Assembly: GCA_017411745.1 (NCBI GenBank)
Contig: JAFQPM010000021.1
Span: forward strand, 1,349-65,348
Source of the DNA: Clostridia bacterium
GTDB lineage: Bacteria > Bacillota > Clostridia > Oscillospirales > CAG-272
Direction of reading: 5' to 3'
Length of the DNA stretch: 64,000 nt
Made by a program: the position numbers and the translations under genes. Each line of letters begins with the position of its first letter. Positions within the stretch are counted from its first letter, which is position 1. The notes beneath the pieces are model-generated. The model saw only the letters and a list, made by a program, of their open reading frames with translations, searched no databases and was not told where the DNA came from. Below, in pieces: positions 58,691 through 64,000 of the stretch.

Positions 58691-59437
58691 TCAGCTTTTT
58701 CCCCCTTCAATATACTCCAAATATTCGTATCCGACGCGGTTCGCCCTCCACTTTTTGACCAAACGGTATCCAATAGGTGAGAAGGCTATCTCCATTATCA
58801 ACTCCGCAACAGCACCCGTGAGCGCACAGGTCGCACACTGGAGCACCGTCCAATGAAATCCATCCCAGAAGATCGGTGCGAAGCCGACAAAAACGATTAT
58901 AGAAAAAATAAAATTATCCAAGAACTGACCGATGAAGGTCGAAATGTAGGACTGCATAGCATAAGCCAGCTTGCCGTCGGGATTTTTTCTGAACGCTTTG
59001 CCGATAGTCCAATTCAGCATATTATTAATTACCGCGGAGGACAAAAACGCGATAGTGCTTCCAAGCAGAATGAACCACGTTCCGCCGAAAATAGAGTTGA
59101 ACGCGCTGTAATCATCGGCATTTGACGGAATAACGCTCGCCACAAAAAATATAAGGCAGGTCAACAGATTTATCATAGCCGCGAGTATCGAGATCTTGTT
59201 TGACGCCTTCGGGCCGAAATGCTTGGTGATGATATCCATACACATAAACGACAGCCACGAGATCAGAATACCGCCGTCAAGCGCGATCCAATCGAGCTGT
59301 AAAAGCGTTTTGTTCGCAAGCAGATTCATGCAAACAACGCTCACAACAAAAAGAGTCACGACCGTCGCGGGAATGCACCGCAGCAGGATCGCCGTCTCCT
59401 CTTTTTCCTTACGTATCCAATTCTTTATCTTAATCAT
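58691..59437 (-). CDS. VUT (YhhQ/QPTR-like) membrane transporter
   Basis: NLLANK..DGG..MDIITKHFG, ISTFIGQFLDNFIF. Confidence 0.8.
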   Translation of the reverse strand: MIKIKNWIRKEKEETAILLRCIPATVVTLFVVSVVCMNLLANKTLLQLDWIALDGGILISWLSFMCMDIITKHFGPKASNKISILAAMINLLTCLIFFVASVIPSNADDYSAFNSIFGGTWFILLGSTIAFLSSAVINNMLNWTIGKAFRKNPDGKLAYAMQSYISTFIGQFLDNFIFSIIVFVGFAPIFWDGFHWTVLQCATCALTGAVAELIMEIAFSPIGYRLVKKWRANRVGYEYLEYIEGGKS

Positions 59438-59641
59438 TATAAATAAACTCTCCCACGAAGAGATTTGATTAGTGCAAACTATTACATTTTATTATACCAT
59501 ATAATCAGACTTTTTTCAACCCAAAATTGTTCAAACTCCGCCTTTTTCAAATAAAATTTGTTTTTTTACCCTTTTTCTCTTGCCCCCAAAGCGCTTGTAT
59601 GGTATAATTAACCTTGTAAACACTCTATACGGAGGCATAAT

Positions 59642-60856
59642 ATGACGATCAGTGAAAGATTTTTAAAATACGTATCCTTCCCGACAATGTCGGATGAAAA
59701 TTCCGAAACCGTGCCCAGCACGGATAAGCAGCTTGTCCTCAGCCGTTATCTTGCCGAGGAATTGAAATCCCTCGGACTTATAGATGTCGAGCTCGACGAC
59801 AAGGGTTACCTCTACGCCACTCTCCCCGCAAATGCCGAAAGCAGCGTTATCGTAGGTCTTATAGCGCACGTTGACACCTCGGATGCCGTCAGCGACGGAC
59901 CTATCAACACAAAAATTGTAAAATACGAGGGCAAAAGGATCTGCCTCAACGAAGAAAAGAATATCTGGCTTTCGCCCGATGAATATCCCTCCCTCAACAG
60001 ATATGTCGGCAATAACCTTATAGTCACCGACGGAACTACCCTGCTCGGCGCAGACGATAAGGCAGGCGTATGCGCAATAGTATCCGCCGTTGAGAAGGTC
60101 ATAAAGAACAATCTCCCTCACGGATGTATAAAGATCTGCTTTACTCCCGACGAGGAGATCGGCAGAGGCGCAGACCACTTCGACGTTAAGAAATTCGACG
60201 CGGATTATGCCTACACCGTGGACGGCGGCGGACTTGGCGAGCTTGAATACGAAAACTTCAACGCCGCATCGGCAAAGGTCGAGCTCAGAGGTGTCTCGAT
60301 CCACCCGGGAAGCGCAAAGGACAAGATGAAAAACGCGCAGCTTATGGCAATGGAGTTCAATTCTCTGCTTCCCGCAGACCAGACTCCCGCTAATACCGAG
60401 GGCTACGAGGGATTTTTCCACCTCATCGAATCCCACGGCGACTGCGAATACGCCGAGCTGATCTATATCATCCGCGACCACGACAGAGCAAAGTTTGAAG
60501 AAAAGAAAGCACTCCTTTCTGAAATCTCCAAGAAGATAGAAGAAAAATACGGCGCAGGCTCCTGCACCGTAGCTATCAGAGACTCCTACTACAACATGAA
60601 GGAGATCATCGACCAAAATATGTACACCGTCGAGCGCGCAGTTGCCGCGATGAAGGCGGTCGGAGTCGAGCCCGAGATAGTTCCCATCAGAGGCGGAACA
60701 GACGGAGCGCGCCTCTCCTTTATGGGCTTGCCCTGCCCCAATATCTGCACGGGTGGCGAGAATTTCCATTCAAGATTCGAGTATATCCCGATAGAATCTC
60801 TTGAGAAGGTAGTAGATATCGTCGAAAGACTTATTCTCGACACCGCATCATTCTGA
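59642..60856 (+). CDS. pepT: Peptidase T
   Basis: AHVDTS, LGADDKAG, TPDEEIGRG, IRGGTDG. Confidence 0.95.
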   Translation: MTISERFLKYVSFPTMSDENSETVPSTDKQLVLSRYLAEELKSLGLIDVELDDKGYLYATLPANAESSVIVGLIAHVDTSDAVSDGPINTKIVKYEGKRICLNEEKNIWLSPDEYPSLNRYVGNNLIVTDGTTLLGADDKAGVCAIVSAVEKVIKNNLPHGCIKICFTPDEEIGRGADHFDVKKFDADYAYTVDGGGLGELEYENFNAASAKVELRGVSIHPGSAKDKMKNAQLMAMEFNSLLPADQTPANTEGYEGFFHLIESHGDCEYAELIYIIRDHDRAKFEEKKALLSEISKKIEEKYGAGSCTVAIRDSYYNMKEIIDQNMYTVERAVAAMKAVGVEPEIVPIRGGTDGARLSFMGLPCPNICTGGENFHSRFEYIPIESLEKVVDIVERLILDTASF

Positions 60857-60931
60857 CCGCTATGGCTACTTGACAAAAAGCCACCCAAGGATGTATAATA
60901 AAATCAATAATAACAGAAAAGAGGTCAAAAA

Positions 60932-62047
60932 ATGGCTTTTGAAAACGTAAAAAAGAATTTTGGGTTCGGCTGCATGCGCTTGCCTATGAACGGCGACGAG
61001 GTCGATTACGCCGAATTTACCCGTATGGTAGACACGTTTATTGAAAACGGATTTAACTATTTCGACACCGCGCACGGCTATCTCCGCGGAACAAGTGAGA
61101 TCGCGCTCGAAAAATGCCTCACCTCCCGCTATCCCAGAGATAGCTATATCCTCACCAATAAGCTCTCGGTCAACTATTTCGACTCGAATGAGGAAATAAG
61201 ACCCCTCTTTGAAGAGCAACTCAAAATATGCGGCGTCGACTATTTTGACTTCTACCTTATGCACGCGCAGAACCGCGGCTCTTACGAAAAATACAAGAGA
61301 TGCCGCGCATATGAGACCGCCTTTGAGCTTAAGGCAGAGGGCAAGGTCAAGCACGTAGGACTTTCCTTCCACGATACCGCCGACGTTCTCGATCAGATCC
61401 TCACCGAATACCCTGAGCTTGAGGTCGTTCAGATACAGTTCAATTACCTCGACTACGACGATGCCGCAGTGCAGTCGCGCCTCTGCCTCGAGGTCTGCCA
61501 AAAGCACGGCAAGCCCGTCATCGTTATGGAGCCCGTAAAGGGCGGTAGCCTCGTCAATCTCCCCGACGATGCAAAGGCAGTGCTCGATGCACTCGAGGGT
61601 GGAAGCTATGCAAGCTACGCGATCAGATTTGCCGCAAGCTTCGACGGAATAAAGATGGTTCTTTCTGGCATGGGCGATATGAATATGATGAACGACAACC
61701 TCAGCTACATGAAGGACTTTAAGCCCCTCGACGAGCGTGAGCGCAAGGCCATCGACAAGGTCTGCGCAATTCTCCGCGGCAAAGGACTTATCGCCTGTAC
61801 AGGATGTAGCTACTGCACCGAGGGTTGCCCCAAGCAGATCCCGATACCCAACCTTTTCGCGTGTATGAATGACAAAAAGATCTGGCAGAACTGGAACTCA
61901 GATTATTATTACGGCATACATACCAAAGACAAGGGCAAGGCAAGTGACTGCATCGGCTGCGGCAAGTGCGAAAAGATCTGCCCTCAGGGCCTCCCCATCA
62001 GAGAGCTTCTCAAGCAGGTCGCCGAGGAATTTGATAAGAAAAACTAA
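60932..62047 (+). CDS. Aldo/keto reductase with a C-terminal 4Fe-4S domain
   Basis: GFGCMRLP, YFDTAHGY, MEPVKGG, CTGCSYC, CIGCGKCEKICP. Confidence 0.92.
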   Translation: MAFENVKKNFGFGCMRLPMNGDEVDYAEFTRMVDTFIENGFNYFDTAHGYLRGTSEIALEKCLTSRYPRDSYILTNKLSVNYFDSNEEIRPLFEEQLKICGVDYFDFYLMHAQNRGSYEKYKRCRAYETAFELKAEGKVKHVGLSFHDTADVLDQILTEYPELEVVQIQFNYLDYDDAAVQSRLCLEVCQKHGKPVIVMEPVKGGSLVNLPDDAKAVLDALEGGSYASYAIRFAASFDGIKMVLSGMGDMNMMNDNLSYMKDFKPLDERERKAIDKVCAILRGKGLIACTGCSYCTEGCPKQIPIPNLFACMNDKKIWQNWNSDYYYGIHTKDKGKASDCIGCGKCEKICPQGLPIRELLKQVAEEFDKKN

Positions 62048-62084
62048 TACATTAGTAAAAAAGCCTTGAAAGGATCGAGTTTTT

Positions 62085-62756
62085 ATGAAAAAAGTATTAT
62101 GTTTTGTTTTAACAGTTATTTTGTCGTTATCGACTTTTTGTAGCTGCGAAATCCTTGATATTAAAGACTCGAAGGAAACCGTAGAGCCAAGCAGCGAAGA
62201 ATCAAAGGAAACCGTAGAGTCAAGCAGCGAAGAATCAAAGGAAACCACAAAGCAAAATTTCTCCACTGCTTCATATAACGTTGGCAAGGGTAATATTAAT
62301 AAAGTTCCGGCCGACAGGTACGAGGAATATCCAAATCTGCACAATATTCCCCTTTCGGCAACGCTGTATAAAAACGGCGAGACTATAACTATCGACGTAA
62401 ACGATCCGAGACTGATCCGATTGATCAATTTGTTCAACAACGCGCTTTACTGTAATGATTGTGCGTACTTACTGGGTTACTTATATGATGAGGATATCGA
62501 AGAAGGTGAACTCAACGGAGAATTCAGACTTGAATTAAAATACGAGCCTTACGGAGAAAAAGGCTCCCTGCCCGGTCCATACGAAAATGACCCAACTCTA
62601 TTTGATACCATAATAATAACGGACGATAAATTTATCCTTATCAATCATGACCTTCCGGTTTATATGGGAGATGAACAAATTTGTTCGATCTGGGCTGCAG
62701 TGTATTATCCGTATGATTGGAATCAGGTTTCTTGGCTTGCTCTGTTTGGTTTTTAA
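62085..62756 (+). CDS. Hypothetical lipoprotein
   Basis: Signal peptide ending FCSC; 33-bp tandem repeat encoding KETVE.SSEES. Confidence 0.7.
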   Translation: MKKVLCFVLTVILSLSTFCSCEILDIKDSKETVEPSSEESKETVESSSEESKETTKQNFSTASYNVGKGNINKVPADRYEEYPNLHNIPLSATLYKNGETITIDVNDPRLIRLINLFNNALYCNDCAYLLGYLYDEDIEEGELNGEFRLELKYEPYGEKGSLPGPYENDPTLFDTIIITDDKFILINHDLPVYMGDEQICSIWAAVYYPYDWNQVSWLALFGF

Positions 62757-62787
62757 TATCGCATCACAGTTATAATATTCTAACCGC

Positions 62788-62825
62788 AAAAACAAGAGAA
62801 CGGCTCTCGCCGTTCTCTTGTTTTT
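62788..62825. terminator. Bidirectional terminator
   Basis: AAAACAAGAGAACGGC..GCCGTTCTCTTGTTTT. Confidence 0.8.
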
Positions 62826-62827
62826 AT

Positions 62828-64000
62828 TTACTTGGCACTTCTTTTCTCCGCCCTTACGATCTTGTAAAGCTCCTCTGCGGCAAGACGCGTCTTCGCAACC
62901 ACGTCACCGCAATCCTTCGGGAAGCAGTAATAAAGCATCTTCTTGTCGCCAATGCAGATTATATCGCCAAGCTTGTACCAATAATAATCGGCATATAAGC
63001 TGTACGACGAAAGCGGCGACTGAACATAATCAAGCTCACCGTCACATCCGACGAGGTGGAATCCCTCGCGGTTGTGTGTCAGCCTACCCTCTCCAATCGA
63101 GTAAATGCAATCGGTATCCACCATAGCGTAAATATCCACCGCTACGTCGAGCGAATAAGTGCCGTCCACAAGCTCGCGTCTTACGTTATCGCGCTCCCAA
63201 GCGTACCAATCGGGAATATGATCAAATTCGGTCTCTCCCTCAATAGCGCGCATAAATCCGTCCTCTGTGAGCTCGTATTGCTTGCCGCAGGCGTGGCAGG
63301 TCAAGGTAGTTCCCTTGCCCTCGGTCTGACCCTCGGCAAGACAGTGCGGACACTTGTAAAGCACACGGTTGAGATGATCCGCACGGAAATCCTCGTCTAT
63401 CTTAACACCCTTTTGCTGCTGGGCGCGGAAGTTGTCAAACGAGAACTTCTCGCGCAACAGCTCGTTGATCTGACGGGGCGTCATTTCCTTTATCTGCTCG
63501 GGAGACAAAAGATACTCAACCTCAGCCGTCACCTGAGTTTTGCGAAGCTGAAGATTGTTGTAAAGCGGATCGCGCAAAAAAGCGCCGTCAGTCCTTATAG
63601 TCACCACGGGAAGACCAAACATCTTCACGCACCGCCCAAGACTCTCGGGCAGAGGCGTAGCAGTTCCGTCAAAGCTGTAGCTCGCCTCGGGGTACATAAG
63701 TATCGACGAATTGTATCGCTTTACGGCATAAAGCATATCGTGAAGCAATGAAACCTCGCTGACAAATTTCTTCGTGGGTATACAGCCGATCTGTCTCATA
63801 AGCCAATTCTTGCCAATAAAGCCGTCGGAGGTGCAAACGATATTATATTTTCTCGGATATAGTATCCTCGAGGCTATCTTCAGATCGATAAAGCTCGAGT
63901 GATTCATCAGAATAAAGCAAGGCTCCTTTTTTGAGAGCTTCTCCATTCCGACAGAGGTATATTTGAATTTTGTCGCGACAAGATCGGGAATCGAGAGCGT
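62828..64000 (-). CDS. Lysophospholipid acyltransferase-family protein, 5' end outside the window
   Basis: NHSSFID (HxxxxD), YPEA; frame is open to the window end. Confidence 0.85.
   Translation of the reverse strand, partial: TLSIPDLVATKFKYTSVGMEKLSKKEPCFILMNHSSFIDLKIASRILYPRKYNIVCTSDGFIGKNWLMRQIGCIPTKKFVSEVSLLHDMLYAVKRYNSSILMYPEASYSFDGTATPLPESLGRCVKMFGLPVVTIRTDGAFLRDPLYNNLQLRKTQVTAEVEYLLSPEQIKEMTPRQINELLREKFSFDNFRAQQQKGVKIDEDFRADHLNRVLYKCPHCLAEGQTEGKGTTLTCHACGKQYELTEDGFMRAIEGETEFDHIPDWYAWERDNVRRELVDGTYSLDVAVDIYAMVDTDCIYSIGEGRLTHNREGFHLVGCDGELDYVQSPLSSYSLYADYYWYKLGDIICIGDKKMLYYCFPKDCGDVVAKTRLAAEELYKIVRAEKRSAK

Noticed and set aside
59438-59520. preQ1 riboswitch upstream of the VUT gene
   Set aside because: The leader is short and I could not find the class I stem plus A-rich tail consensus

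Overview
The window has a Clostridia-like (Bacillota) character and two parts. (1) 1-28.2 kb is accessory, mostly AT-rich DNA. It opens with the end of a large-serine-recombinase element. A ~25.5 kb island follows, bounded by matching terminator hairpins, matching triplets of GYYACGCA boxes and a degenerate tRNA-Pro(GGG). The island core holds a tyrosine integrase, a short family-A-polymerase-like replication protein, DUF669 SSB-like genes, an expanded family of unknown paralogues and a resolvase. Its defence-type cargo is an OLD-like ATPase/TOPRIM operon, a stand-alone CD-NTase-like nucleotidyltransferase, a DUF2075 helicase, an Azaca-like GHKL trio and a 2-MTase/2-HNH restriction-modification system. 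(2) 28.3-64 kb looks like host chromosome. A type IV pilus cluster includes a 1311-aa giant pilin ending in a Hedgehog-like Hint domain plus an ~89-aa tail. Next to it is a divergent ~17.6 kb locus that looks dedicated to extracellular nucleic-acid utilisation (CUT1 ABC importer, thermonuclease, OB-fold and barnase-like lipoproteins, SurE, two NrnA, dGTPase, SDR, VUT). pepT, an aldo-keto reductase, a lipoprotein and a partial acyltransferase end the window. All family calls come from reading motifs by eye; no database searches were run.
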